Source: Podarcis cretensis
Lineage: Eukaryota
Direction: 5' to 3'
Assembly: GCA_951804945.1 (NCBI GenBank)
Contig: OX638152.1
Coordinates: 46,624,001 to 46,688,000 of the forward strand
DNA length: 64,000 nucleotides
Under the pieces are notes generated by a model. It was given only the letters and a program-made list of their open reading frames with translations. It was not told the origin of the DNA and did no database searches. Position numbers and translations under genes: made by a program. Positions 50,975 through 64,000 of this stretch are shown piece after piece. How positions within the stretch are numbered: position 1 is the stretch's first letter; every line of letters starts with the position of its first letter.

Positions 50975-51412
50975 TTAAAAAAAATTCCCCCTCCCCTAGA
51001 TCTCGGTTAGTCCCACAGTGTGTGAGGAGGAGAATTTAAGTATTTTCCTCCACCATCATCCTGAAAAGAATTTCCCACATGCCACAAATAACAATAGGAG
51101 GGAAGACGAAACACCCTCCCATTAGTGCAACAGGAGGGATTTTTTTGCAATTGCTATTTGCAATGTGGAGGCTGCACCCGCCCCCCCGCCCCAAATCAGA
51201 GTAGGGAGACAAAAGGTTAAACTATATCTCCCTACATGCAGTGGTCCCAGTGTGGATTTATGATTTTAAAAACCTAATGGTACTTCAGGCAACACATTTA
51301 AAGTAATGTGTAATTAGGCCCTAAGACCAAATGCTCATGAAACAACAACTGAAGTGGTAAAACCTGTCTCTGGACTGCTCCACAACAGACTGTTGGTGGA
51401 TACTCCTATGAA

Positions 51413-51544
51413 NNNNNNNNNNNNNNNNNNNNNNNNNNNNNNNNNNNNNNNNNNNNNNNNNNNNNNNNNNNNNNNNNNNNNNNNNNNNNNNNNNNNNNNN
51501 NNNNNNNNNNNNNNNNNNNNNNNNNNNNNNNNNNNNNNNNNNNN
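51413..51544. other. assembly gap (132 N)
   Basis: run of N. Confidence 1.
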
Positions 51545-51699
51545 AAAAATGAGCCATAACCTAGCCTTTCCACTCACAAGCTAATTTTCAGTGTGCCGGG
51601 ACTTTTTCTTTAATGTGAAATGATCCAATCAGGTGCAGTCAGAAATGGCAGAGTCCAGAAGGAGATTTAACAACAGACTTGAGTGCTCTTTGGGCATTA

Positions 51700-52071
51700 G
51701 GTAAAGGTAAAGGTACCCCTGCCCGTACGGGCCAGTCTTGACAGACTCTAGGGTTGTGCGCCCATCTCACTTTAAGAGGCCAGGGGCCAGCGCTGTCCGG
51801 AGACACTTCCGGGTCACGTGGCCAGCGTGACATCGCTGCTCTGGCCAGAGCCAGAGCCAGAGCCGCACACGGAAACGCCGTTTACCTTCCCGCTGGTAAG
51901 CGGTCCCTATTTATCTACTTACACCCGGAGGTGCTTTCGAACTGCTAGGTTGGCAGGCGCTGGGACCAAGCAGCGGGAGCGCACCCCGCCGCAGGGATTC
52001 GAACCGCCGACCTTTCGATCGGCAAGCCCTAGGCGCTGAGGCTTTAACCCACAGCGCCACCTGCGTCCCCT
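51700..52071 (-). mobile_element. Sauria SINE, full length, very young
   Basis: (ACCTTT)n tail, intact B-box (GGTTCGAATCC on -), dense CpGs, perfect 13-bp TSD TCTTTGGGCATTA at 51687-51699 and 52072-52084. Confidence 0.97.
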
Positions 52072-53399
52072 TCTTTGGGCATTACAGCTAGGTTAAAATA
52101 AACACGTCAGAGGACAGTGGTGATGAGTGAGCTAGATCCCCTGGTAGCAGTTCTGATCACCTTCCATTTCATGAAAGGTAAGCTTTTACAATGGGAAGCA
52201 TTTTGTTCCCTTGCACATTTTAGAAACCTGTAAAACCACAGCAATGGGCGGACAGAGCTATGATACTCTTCTCTGGTGCCCCACTAATCTCCGAATTGGC
52301 ATCTATATTTTATGCATGTTATTACTGCATGCTGAATCTGAAGTTAATACATGATAAGCGTTTACAAGCAAATCACCCTTTAGAAACATATAACTCACTG
52401 AAGATGGTATATGTACCCCATTCTCATTTGTCATCTGTTAAGGGGTATAATAAAATACACACCAATAACTCTTGGGGATCAGCAGGAATACAAATTATGA
52501 ATATTCATGGTGATAGGAAAGAGCTGTAAGCAGCTACAGACCTTTTTAGAATGGAATCCATATGACTCTTTCTGATTTCACCTTTCTCATCCCAGTTGTC
52601 TGAGAGGTTTTTTTAGACTGTTCTTTATTAATGAATTGTTGCCAAAGGCATTTCATCATGATGAGGTTATTGCAAAATCTGGAGGATATAAAAGGAGTAA
52701 TAGTAAGCAATTCAAATGGCAACAACACTTGGCAGTTTGCACTTAAATTTGTCTATGATAATTGAATATGTGTACTGCATATCCCAACTGAAACTTTCAA
52801 ACAATAAGCTTGTTTATTGTGTGTTTTGTGCTAAGGATAAATGAGTTCTTTGCTGTTAGTATGACTTGTGGTGTTTCAAAACCAAATCAATACACAATTC
52901 CAACATGCATAAATATCACAGAAGCTTCAGAAAGGCAAATTTCTCTGCTGCAGTGTTTCAATTCCGTTTGCTTTTATTCCTTGAGTGTAAATGTTTTACT
53001 CCAACAGAGAATGCATGGGGTGGCCTGGAGAGTATTCCCAAAGATTCCAGTATTAAATATATTTAGGTAAATGTAAGCAAGCCTGGAAACTGGAGAGGAT
53101 GAAAGAAGACCTCCAGACCCCATCTAAATACGCTAGAGTAGTCATTGAAAGTGAGTCTATTCAATCTTCCTCCTTTTTTTGCATTGAGTTACCACATATA
53201 AGTGATTATTCTGTTCCAATGTGATTGTTCAGCTTTGCTATTTCTTTCATTTATTAAATACAAATGGGCTACCTATCGTAATGATGAATTGTGGGGGAGG
53301 TGGGTTAGATCTTTCTAATGGCCCCATAGGTAGCTAAGCCCCTGCTACCTCAGTTCCACAAAAAGCAGCAACAACCACCACCAAATCAGGGCCAGACTG

Positions 53400-53603
53400 T
53401 ATTGGAAACCCAAGGCAATAGAAACATAAGATGATTGGAACCCCACTGAACTTGAAACATGGAAAGCCCCAAGAAAAAATTATAATTTGGCAGAATATTT
53501 GGACTATATGATATGTATTTGTATAATTTGGAATACTTAATGTGATTTGATTGGATTGTTAAAATGGAAAATTTAATAAAAATATTTATAAAAAAAACAA
53601 AAA
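53400..53603 (+). mobile_element. 5'-truncated poly(A) retroposed insertion, probably an L1 3' UTR
   Basis: perfect 18-bp TSD CAAATCAGGGCCAGACTG at 53382-53399 and 53604-53621; AATAAA followed by an A-rich tail. Confidence 0.85.
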
Positions 53604-55532
53604 CAAATCAGGGCCAGACTGGGTCAAGGAGAGAGTCAACAACCTCAATGAAATTGCTACCCATCCTCATATATGTGGTCAGGAACGGTTTAGCCTTGTT
53701 GTTGCTGATGCTGTGATGAACATTGCGGTCATTGATGACTCTAGTAGGCAGCTCCTTCTGTCTCCAAGAAAACAGGAGACATGCAAACCCTCTTCAGGCA
53801 TCATCCAAATGCGGAAGTAAATAAGGGGGGGGGGGCAGCAGGAGCAAGCATGCTACCTCCACCTCTCTCTACCCCCATTCTCATTACATTCCAACTAATG
53901 AAAGATGACTGGTTGTAGCAGGAAGACTTTAGTATTTCTGGACAATACCTTCACAATTTGAAGCCCAGATTTTCCAAGGTTCTAAAACACATGCGGGAGC
54001 CACAACTGATACAGGTGGCTCCTCTCTGCAGACAGTCACCTTCCACATGTGGGAAGGTGATGAAAACACAAAGGCAGCCACCGCATTCCCCACCTCATAT
54101 GTTTCTTTCTAATCTGGATAACGCCTAAGGAGAGCTTAATAATTACTCCTAACCCACAGGTCCTGCAGTGTTTGCCATTGTGTTATGTGTGTGTTACATT
54201 ATTATCCATTGTGCCTCTGTTCTCCATCTGCATTTTAGCCAAGGCAGATGCCTTTGCATAATATTACATTTTTAAAGGGCCAGGGACCTCACTGCATATG
54301 TGTAGTAACCTATATAACTGCATCAAGAGGGAAAGGCCTTAAGACGGTATTATGTCTTTATCTTATTCTTACACATATTCTTTACAACCGAAATCCATCT
54401 CCTTGACATAAGTACAGTTTGTTTTTTGCTTCAGCGTTCTTACATGTGCTATTGCAATCTATTGGCCTCATATAAATGAGACATAAATCTAGTGGAAATC
54501 TTTCTGTTCATAAAATACTCCACTCTCCATCATAAAACACTGTATTATGTAGAAAAACCAACAAAAGCAACAATACTTGAGACAGCGTATTATTTCAGTA
54601 TAGACTGCACTAGACTTTTATTAAGTATAACCCCAAGAGAGAGACTAGAATGGCAGGAACCTTTCATCAAATTATCAGCAAGTATAAACATCCTCAGAAG
54701 TTATAGCTAAAAAACAACAACCTCACTCATCTATACACTGATAGCAAATCTGGCAGTCCATTCCAGTTCATTCCTCTGGAACAATTCTGTAGCTAGCACA
54801 GGCAAAATCTCTTCACATCCCCAGAACATTACCGAGCATGCACACACTATAATGGGACAGCTGGCAGAGAGCAAGCATTTAGCAAATTACAACAAGAGAG
54901 ACAATGTGAATGTCTTGCTGCCCACTTGCCCCATGTTAGCAAAATGGTTAGTACTGTATACCCTACAAGTGTCCCAGAAAAACTGGGACATTCTGTTTTT
55001 CCTGGCGGGGTCACAACAGCCATTTGGGCCACCATGATCGTGGGAGATCAAGTGCTTTTTCTGGTACCACAATCTTGTGCAGCATACCAAAATGTGTGTT
55101 TTGAGGCTCCATGATCTCACGTGGGTCACGTGACTTGGAGGGTCTGAGTACTGTGCTTGGAAATAATGGTTTGATATGGTCAGATGGAGTTGAAGCAGGT
55201 GACACTCCAGCTGAAGAGCTCCCTGCTCCCTTAACTATGGAGAAGTCATCAGGAAGAGGAAGGAAAGGGCAACAAATAAGGGAGAAGCTGCCATTGCAGC
55301 CAAACAGCCCCACCCCACTGCCATATACTTTACAGCTACACTTGCCACACCCCACAAGACTGCCATTTTAGGTCCACTTCCCAATTTTTGAGCTAAAAAT
55401 TTTTTGGGTTCAGCCTTTGTTACAAGCATATTCCTGTCTTCATCTGTCAATTATTGGAGAGAATGGTTTAATAATCCAGACAAAGGCACTAGCGACTCTA
55501 ACTTCCCATATCCTGGATCTAGCAGCAGTGTA

Positions 55533-55742
55533 CAGTGGCACCTTGGTTTTTGAACGTAATCCGTTCCAGAAGACTGTTCGAGTTCTGAAACATTTGAAAA
55601 CCGGAAAACTCAATATGGAAGCCGCGTGGCATGTTCGACTTCTGAGGCGTGTTCGAAAACTGAAGCATTTACTTCCAAGTTTACGGCATTCGGAAACCAA
55701 AATGTTTGTCAGCGGAGACGTTTGGAAACAGAGGTACCACTG
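55533..55742. mobile_element. Tc1/mariner-superfamily MITE (subtype C)
   Basis: TIRs CAGTGGCACCTTGGTTTT / AAAACAGAGGTACCACTG, TA TSD. Confidence 0.9.
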
Positions 55743-57932
55743 TAACTGGATAGAATAATATTATTTCAAAACACTACTTTTAAAAGTATTTCACTTACCA
55801 TACAGAAACAGAAAATATAGCATTAAATTAATTTTTTTAATTACCCAGATCTCCAGTATTTTGTATTCCATTTTTTGTGGGCCTCTATACCACTGGGTGC
55901 CACCCTCTAACTGCTGGACTCTGGTTTGTTTGTTTCCCAAGAATGGTTGTGGTGGTTGTTATTTATTTCTAGCCCACTCTTCATTGATTAACAACCTGTT
56001 ACAACATCACTAGGCCCTATTATGAGTTTATACTTCTTTGTGTTTTAAAAGGTGGGGAAAGCTATACACATGTGGTCTTCATCTCCAAGTAATATGAGAA
56101 TCTTTTAGGGGGGGAAACCTCAGCTGTGTCTCATAAAACAGCTCCATAATATCCACATAACCCTGTGAAGAATCATTAAATGTGATTGTTATAGAAGACT
56201 TTAGGCTACAAAATGTCTGTTATGTTCCCAAATTCTGGCTCTACCCCTTCCTTCAACCCTTTATAAATATCCTTTGCACTGAAGCTTTGCCTCTTGCCTT
56301 TGGAGAGACTTTAAAAATTAGGCATTAAATACTGGATCAATAAGAATAGTTCTAAGAAACTCAGCAGACTGCAAAGCTTTTATTTATCCTCATATCTGTC
56401 TTTTCCTATCGACTTAAAGTGGACTTCCAAGCAGATGAAGGTATTAGATTCCAACATCTTGCATCTGAAGGAGTACCTAAGGCAAAATTTTAGATTTCAC
56501 AAATATGTTTCTTCCTATAGTTACATTATTATTTATCTTGATGAATCCGAGATGAATGTTTGGTTTCATTCACTTCAGAAAGTTTGGGGGAGGCATTTTC
56601 ATGCAGAAAGCTCCTCCATATGTTTTCCTTCATACATTTTAAATATTTGTTAAAACCTTTTGAAATAAGAATTGATTGGTCAAGGAAAACTGCAGCATGC
56701 TGCTCTTTTTTATTTCTTTTAAAATAATAATTTCAGTGAAAATTGCCTCTTGTAATTTGTGTTGCTGCAAATTATATTCTGGAACATTTTACATCTAACA
56801 TTTTGCTTGGGGAGCCTATGTACTGGACTGATACAGGATCAACATATGGTATACATTATGGCTTTGCATGGCACTTTGATGATTACCACATTTTTAGTTT
56901 CAGCAATCTACTGAGGGCCACATGAGTACTGATATGTTAATATTTGAAGTAGACAGTATATTGTAACATGTTCAATATGAGGTGGCCCATGAGGCTTGAA
57001 GACAAAGGTGTGCAAATAAAATTGCAATTTCATGTGTGCTTTGCAGTTGTGCCTAGGAGAAGTACAGGACTAATTAAAAAGATGGTATGTCCAGCTCATT
57101 GTGTTGAGGTGGTTGGGTCGGGTGCAATTCTTTTGTTATGTGGCTCGTATCACATAATAATGGTCAAAATTACCAAATAGCTATGTTAGGCAACCAATTA
57201 ATAAAAGCTAAGAGCAGCAGCCTCCTAATCTAATGAACAGATGTCACAATATACTTCAAGCAATGGCCTTGCAGCTTTACTGGTCAGTGTTGACAGCATT
57301 ACAAGTAAAGATGAATTGTTTTTCAGTCTTCACTTCATTTCTTCAGTGAATAGTTGACAGGCACCTCCAAAAGTCTGGCACCACAGATCACCTGCCTTAA
57401 ATTCAGTCTGGGATACCCATGTACCTGAGCTCAGACAAATATTGCAGGAGGAAAAAAGCTGCATTGAGTTACTTAGTCAATGTGCTCTGAGGAAAATTTT
57501 CTCATCTCCAATAATGGTAACTATTTGGGACATGAGTTCAAGCAAAAACCAATCTACTGAATCATCTTAATGGATTGTAAAGGAGACCAAAGACCATTTG
57601 GCTATGTGCTCAACTTTGGCTGGATTATACCCGTAATGCATGCCTTTTGAAAGGCCACATCTTCCGTGCAGTGTGATGAATGTTGTTTGTTTTCTGGGTC
57701 TTTTAATCTGAGACTCTATTTGGCTATATGCCTTAGCGGTCCTATGTTGTATTTGTACTTCAAAATGATAATAAATACTCCATTATTTCCCTGTCCTGTG
57801 CTGTCTATCCAAGCCATCTCATTTATAGCATGAGATAACTTGACCTGCAACAAAGCCAATAGAGCCAAAACCTACATGTTGGGGAAACCTAATTTCCCTT
57901 TCTATCACTAAAAATATATGCACAGCTTTTTT

Positions 57933-58123
57933 AGGAACATAGGAGGCTGTTTTCTATTGAGTCAGGTCATCCATCTAGCTCAGTACTGTCTACACTGACT
58001 GACAGCAACTCAACAGGGTTTCAGACAGGGAAACTTCCAGCCCTACTTGGAGAATATGGGGATTTAATTTGGGACCTTCGGCATGCAAAGTAGATGTTCT
58101 TCTGTTGAGCTATGATCCTTCCC
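57933..58123 (-). mobile_element. tRNA-derived SINE with CR1-type tail
   Basis: AGGAACATAGGAGGCTG tail side, CCATCTAGCTCAGTACTGTCTACACTGACTG core, tRNA-like head at right (GGGACCTTCGGCATGCAAAG..TGAGCTATG). Confidence 0.75.
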
Positions 58124-60273
58124 CTGCCCTCAGGGAATTCCCACTACTATTCTGTGTTGCTTCTGAGCTGACTGTTGCAGCTTGCCTGTGGGTAGAGGAC
58201 CAATAGCACTGGAAATCGCGTTTGGACCACAGCAGAAGGATTTGCATACATTGGGGTGGATCCAGAGTTCTGTGAGTGGTGTGCTCTGAAGTCTAAGCTC
58301 CCCCGAGTCCCTCAAAAATTTGCTCCGCAGGGTTGAAAAATAATGGGGCAAAGCCGAGTAAGGTGGGGTAGTGGTGGTGAAAATCATGCCCCTGACTTCC
58401 GTTTGCAGAATCCTCTACTAGATTCATGCCCCTTCCACCATCAGAAGATGCCCTTAATACATAGAAGGCCCTTAATACATGCAATAGTACATTTGGATCA
58501 ACACATTGCCTTGATGGTTCTTCAAAGCATGGAAATAGTTTATGAGATAACTGTGGATGTTCCTAGCATCATACTAATATGGCATATGAAACACGATATT
58601 TGACAAGATTAATGCATGAGTTAAGGAATACTTTGTAATTTGAGAATTTATGTAAATAAACTATTTGGAAAAAAACAGCATGGAAATTATTAGATATATG
58701 TCCTCCAGATGTTGATGGTTAAGAAAGTAATATTGTTGGAGGCGGAAAATGACTTAATGCAAAAATGCTTTCCTTTAAGTGTCTTTTATGGGGGTTGTAA
58801 ATAAATAAAGCAAACAACTTCCATTTAAGAAGCAAATTGCAGTGCGTGGATGGAATATTACTTGTTGCAGACAGCCACACAGGCAAAATAGAGCTATTTT
58901 AAAAAGAGACAGGTGATTATTTTCAGGCCAAGCAACTTTACTAACAGGATAGTTCATCAGAAAAGTATTATCTTGGTGAAAATAATGTTTTATGTCCTTT
59001 ACCATGATCTGCGTGAGCCAGGCAGTCACACAGAGAAATTTATTTAATTTGTATATTTCTGATCCAGTATCACCAAGAACAGTTATTCTAGGCAGCAAGT
59101 GTTCCAAACAGTTCCTAATTTCACATCATCACATCTATTACATTCAGCTCAGAAATGTCTAAATGTATTTCATGAGTAGTGGCAGTGTTATGTGAAATGC
59201 AACATGACAGGAATATTTAAAATTGTTCAAAGCTACACAGTTGGAACCAGTTTGATTGGTGTTAGCCTTCCAGCTTCGGATTTGCATATTTGGAGAAACT
59301 CAGGAAACTCAGCTAAGGTTTTGGGCATTGCAGGTGGACTAATACAGAACTCTAATTTTATTTCTTTGCACATTTTTAACAACAGCAATAACCCATGCAG
59401 GAAGACCAAGAACAATGGCAGCCATTGTTTGGCACTGACAGAGTATGGCTGCATCTTCCTTTTCTCTGGTGTTACACAGATAGTAGTAAATCTAAGATAA
59501 TGCTCACTTGAGAGACAAGGAACAACCACAGGGGACTTTTAAATAAGAGAAATAGACTCTGAAAGGTGTCAGTGTAAGTGGTTTAAATACTGTGTGGGAA
59601 AATTAAAACAATACTCTAAGGTCTAAAATATACCTTGTCTTCCTAATTACAGCAAGAGAGAATAAAAATGAGTTTTAGTTTGAAGAAGAGGGATTTGGAG
59701 CAAGTCCATGATATAGGCAAGAAATTAAATAGAAACATTTTTAAACTCTCTTCATAAATAAATCATATCCTATGTCCCCTAAATGAAGATGTTGCTTGGA
59801 AAGGATATATGAACATTAAGGGTCTTTTTATGCTTGATAATGGGCACAATTCTGTTTCTAATACATGTAAGTTGATGTAAAGTGCTCAGTATTTCGGAAT
59901 CTCATAGTAATATAAATTCAGATAATACAGAAGGATATAGAAAGTTTTGTGGATACCAATCCTACCAGAATGAACACTTATCATCACATAATCATGATCT
60001 TGTGCGTTCTTAGTAGCAAAGCAAGATAGTGGTTAGGATTAGGGTTAGGAACAAAAGATAACACAACAACACTACCAGACAATGTGTCCTTGGCTATGGC
60101 AGGGATGCCACAATGACTTCACAGAACTCAGTTCATGTTGGAGGAACTGGACATAGAGGAAGGGGTTAATTTCCTTCATGAGTACAAATCACCCCATTTA
60201 TGCGATAAGCCAACAGGTGCAAGGTCAGTGAACCCAGTTACTATGGCAGCTGCCCAGTGCCATCTATATAAGT

Positions 60274-60410
60274 CAGGCATAGTCAAACTCGGCCCTCCAG
60301 ATGTTTTTGGGACTACAACTCCCATCATCCCTGATCACTGGTCTTGTTAGCTAGGGATGATGGGAATTGCAGTCCCCAAACATCTGGAGGGCCGAGTTTG
60401 CCTATGCCTG
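60274..60410. mobile_element. hAT MITE, intact and palindromic
   Basis: TIRs CAGGCATAG(T/G)CAAACTCGGCCCTCCAGATGTTT and its reverse complement; 8-bp TSD ATATAAGT / ATATACGT (7/8). Confidence 0.95.
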
Positions 60411-61676
60411 ATATACGTGATTAAGGAATGTCAGCTCATTAGTCAGCCAGTGAGTCTTGAGAAGTGAGTCAGAATCTGTGTTACGTCTTGAATTGCTGGA
60501 GCAACAGAAATACTTTGTACGAATATATCTCTATCTGTATATATGTCAATATCCAGGACTGTGTTACAGAAGCCTTATCTTCTGTAGTAGTACGGTAAAT
60601 TATTTTGGACCTTAAGGTGCCTTTGGGTGCCGACTGGAACTGGGGACAGCTTCTTCCATGTGGGTATGTCACTTCAGATTCCCAACAGTTCATGCCCTTC
60701 CCACAACAATGCATAATGCTAGGAAGAGACAAGGGGACAGAGAAATGTAAGGAAGTAGGATATGCAGTGTTCTGTCTGGTGCTGTTTATACTTGGATCGC
60801 ATTAGATTGTTTTTTTACTTAGACTACCTCTTTTGTAAGCACAACACTATTCCATCATCAGGGGCAGGTCAGGGCCCTGAATGCGGATAAGATTCTGATT
60901 AAAACATATTCCTCACCTGCCACACCCCAGCTATGCCTGGATTTTTCCTATTACACTGGCAGTTCTCCAGTGGTAGATAAGTAATTCCACTGCTGGTAGA
61001 TTACCACGGACATAAGTTAACTATGCTAGTGTCTAATTTTATTCTAAAGGGAAATTTAGCAATGGTTCTATGCTGATCATAAGGTATAACCTATAGACAG
61101 AATATAACCTATAGATAGAATTGTGCTCTTAGTATTCATATTTGCTCTCTAGGGAGCTATTCCCACTATCATCATTGAATATTCAAATCATTTGCACCAA
61201 AGTAGCTGTTAACTAACCCCATTAACTTAATTGGTCATTAGCATAAAAGACTGAATTCCATATTATTGTCTGGATCTATCAATTAAACTCATATACCTGA
61301 TCTAGGTTAAAAACAGAAATAACATTTTCTGTGGGGTGTTCCTATTAATACACATTTGCCTTATTCAGAGACATTGTATTTTTTTAAGAACTCAGCATTC
61401 CACTGCCTTTTAGAATGAAAGTGGGTTGAAAGCAGTGGTGGCTGGCCACATTTTTGCTTGGTAGGGCTGCCATTTTTAATCTTACAGTTTTCACCAGAAT
61501 GTATAGCACTTATTTAGAGTAGCATGCCATTCCATATGTGCAGAGTGCCATTATCTCCTATTTTAAAAACAAATCAATTAGTCTCTATGGACAGGGAAAG
61601 AGCCTCCTTGTAAGAGTGCCCAAGTATGATTTTCAGACAAGATGACTCCATAGCTCTTATTTAGAAATTAAGCCAT

Positions 61677-61760
61677 ACCCGAGGTACTACTTCCGGGTTA
61701 GCGGAGTCAGTAACCCGAAGTGTTTGTAACCCAAGGTGTTGGTAACCCAAGGTACCACTG
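61677..61760. mobile_element. Tc1/mariner MITE, one-ended fragment (subtype A-like)
   Basis: GGGTTAGCGGAGTC..GTAACCCAAGGTACCACTG followed by TA; the other TIR is absent. Confidence 0.8.
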
Positions 61761-64000
61761 TAACGTATTTGCTATTTTTATCTTAGGAAGGAAGAAGGAA
61801 GAAACCTATTGCTTTATAAATGCATGGGGGTTACCCAGATACATACTTTGCAATTTTGTTGTGTTTCTAGATGAATATAGCCTGATGTGGTGCCGTACAT
61901 AAATCATGCCAACACTATAAAGATTAGAATCTTTGCAGCATGTGGCAGCTGTCACATTCTAAGCAGTCATGTGACTAAAGGGTTATGATACCTACATTTT
62001 GATTACTCTATCTTCAGTTAAAAATGCAGCTTTGATATTGCAAGGGCCCATGTGCACTTACATGGCAATGAGCCCCATTGGATTTAGTAGGATTTATTTC
62101 CAAGTAAGCATGCATAGGATCGTGTAGAAATCCATGTAAACAGGTGTGAAAACTTTGCAGATGGATCTTCTAAAGCCAAACTCATATGGAGTAAAGGAAA
62201 ATTCATAAACACTCTTTTTAAGTATATCTTCTATGCTTAGGGATATTTTTGTCAAGATAAACACTTGCATTCAAAATCAGTACAGTCTGAATACTCCTGT
62301 TGTTTATGTTTTCTTTGGGGTTGCATTGCCATTGTCATCACTACAAAGGAAATCAAAATAATAGTTCTGATTTATTACCCCTGGATCTTTTTACCATGAG
62401 ACAGATTCATTTTCTAAAAAAAATTAGTATCCATTTTGAATCTCTTTCACTAAGATCGCTCAAAGCTAACTTGTGCATTTGGATTATAGTGCCAGGTGTG
62501 TGTTGCACACCTACATTTTTCAGCTATTAATGAGATATTTTATCATAGCATTTCTATTTACATATACTTTTAGCCATTTTAAACCATTACAAAAGATTAA
62601 GCACTACACATTATTTGAAATAAATAAATAAACAATTGTAGACAATTCACACTTTAAATATTGGCCATTACATTATAGTTACATAGATTCTAGTTTAAAT
62701 TCCATTTCCCTCCCCCCTTTATGTGCATTTGCTTTTTTATTATTCATAGCTTAGTTGTGTCATTTTCTGTTGTTACACTGACAGATTTCAGGCCATGGCT
62801 TAAAAAGGTGGATGAGTTTTTTGGTATGGCCTCTATGCATAGTTAGTATAATTGCCATGAATCTGGCCAGGTGTAGCTAAATGATTTTTTCAGGCAAAGA
62901 ACTAATAGCAAAGCTTTTTACGCAGTAATTTCCTTGGTAAGGTTCAACAAAACGAAAACTCATCAGAAACCCTGCTGGGATTCCATCAGCAAGCATTTAT
63001 TTGCAGTTGCTTCTACACCTGCTTACACAGTAATAATACACCAGTGAGTTAAGTCTCTATGCCAATGCAAATTAGCTTTATTTTGAACCAAACATTGGAT
63101 TTTAGCACATATCATAAGCAGAAAAATGTGCTGCCACTAGATGGATATAGGCGGGGGGGGGGGGGAAATGCGCATATATATATTGGCTATTGCTATTGCT
63201 GCTTTCTTTATGCAGACACGTCCCACAGGATTATCCAGTTGCTACTATTTATAGCATTTATATGGAACATATGCTTTGCTCCACTGGTATAACAAGGAAT
63301 CTTTTCCATTTCAGTCTGAGCTTCACCATCTGCAATTTGGATTTGTTTTAAAAGATGATCCATATTTCAATCTATGAAGAAATTCCTTGCTTTTATACCA
63401 TATGGGAATCTCCTTTCCCTGAGATCAATTCTTCTCCATATGCTTTCATTTTATGTATGTAAGGGAGCCCTCTATGCAGCTTTAAAAGTAATTCAGACTG
63501 GCTGCTCCATCAACCTTTAATGCAAATATGAAAGTTTAATTGATTTGTCATTTAGACCAAATTTAAATTATAGAAAGAATGGGGGGGGAGGGGGGGAGAA
63601 CGTCAGTTATTAGCTAACCTGTTCCTTTTTGTGGATGTGAGCCTGTTTGTTTAAATCCTACTGTTCTTTATATTGTGATGCAATTCTTAAACCATTTCTA
63701 GGTATAGACTCCGTTTTAAAATTGCACGTTTACACCAAAGGACTCATTTAGGCACCAAAGTTCCCAGTGGGACTTTGGGCTCTTCTTGCAGCATGCTAGG
63801 AAGGGTCAGATGGAGGAAATTGATGGGAGGCAAACTGACCATTCTACTCCATTCCCTACAGTTGCTCCTCCACTGTGCAACCTTTTGCCCATTATGGCTG
63901 TGCTCAGAGCAGACCTGCCTCTGCTCCCTGTTGTTCCAAATGGCACTTGGGTCTCAAACCTGAGCAATTTTTAATCCCCCCCCCAACTCTTTCCTGTTTA

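Noticed and set aside
60031-60049. Interstitial telomeric repeat GGTTAGGATTAGGGTTAGG
   Set aside because: Only about three imperfect units
1-64000. The many 60-196 aa ORFs in the six-frame track as host genes
   Set aside because: No recognisable domains, no chain of exons, and many overlap repeats or gaps; only the CR1, Rex1 and L2 fragments show homology I can recognise

Overview
AT-rich, CpG-depleted vertebrate non-coding DNA from a squamate reptile, most likely a lacertid lizard. The evidence is Sauria SINEs (one very young, CpG-intact copy), CR1 3' ends with (ATTCTATG)n tails, and Tc1/mariner and hAT MITEs typical of lizard genomes. I can support no host protein-coding gene, and the window reads as a large intron or gene desert. 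The only ORFs with recognisable homology are retroelement fragments: CR1 ORF2 C-terminus, a Rex1/Babar-type ORF C-terminus, and an L2-type endonuclease N-terminus. The remaining recognisable content is MITEs, SINEs, an L1-type 5'-truncated insertion with an 18-bp TSD, microsatellites and two N-gaps. Worth a second look: (1) a ~456-bp near-continuous imperfect palindrome at 48246-48701 with perfect 26-bp outer arms and no TSD; (2) a hAT MITE nested in another hAT MITE at a TCTAGA target apparently created by a point mutation in the host element; (3) an isolated 78-nt minus-strand exon candidate; (4) several repeat-free, homeobox/SOX/POU-motif-rich blocks resembling conserved enhancers. I see no direct evidence of a new multi-gene system. 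Repeat family names come from recalled consensus motifs, not from a database search.
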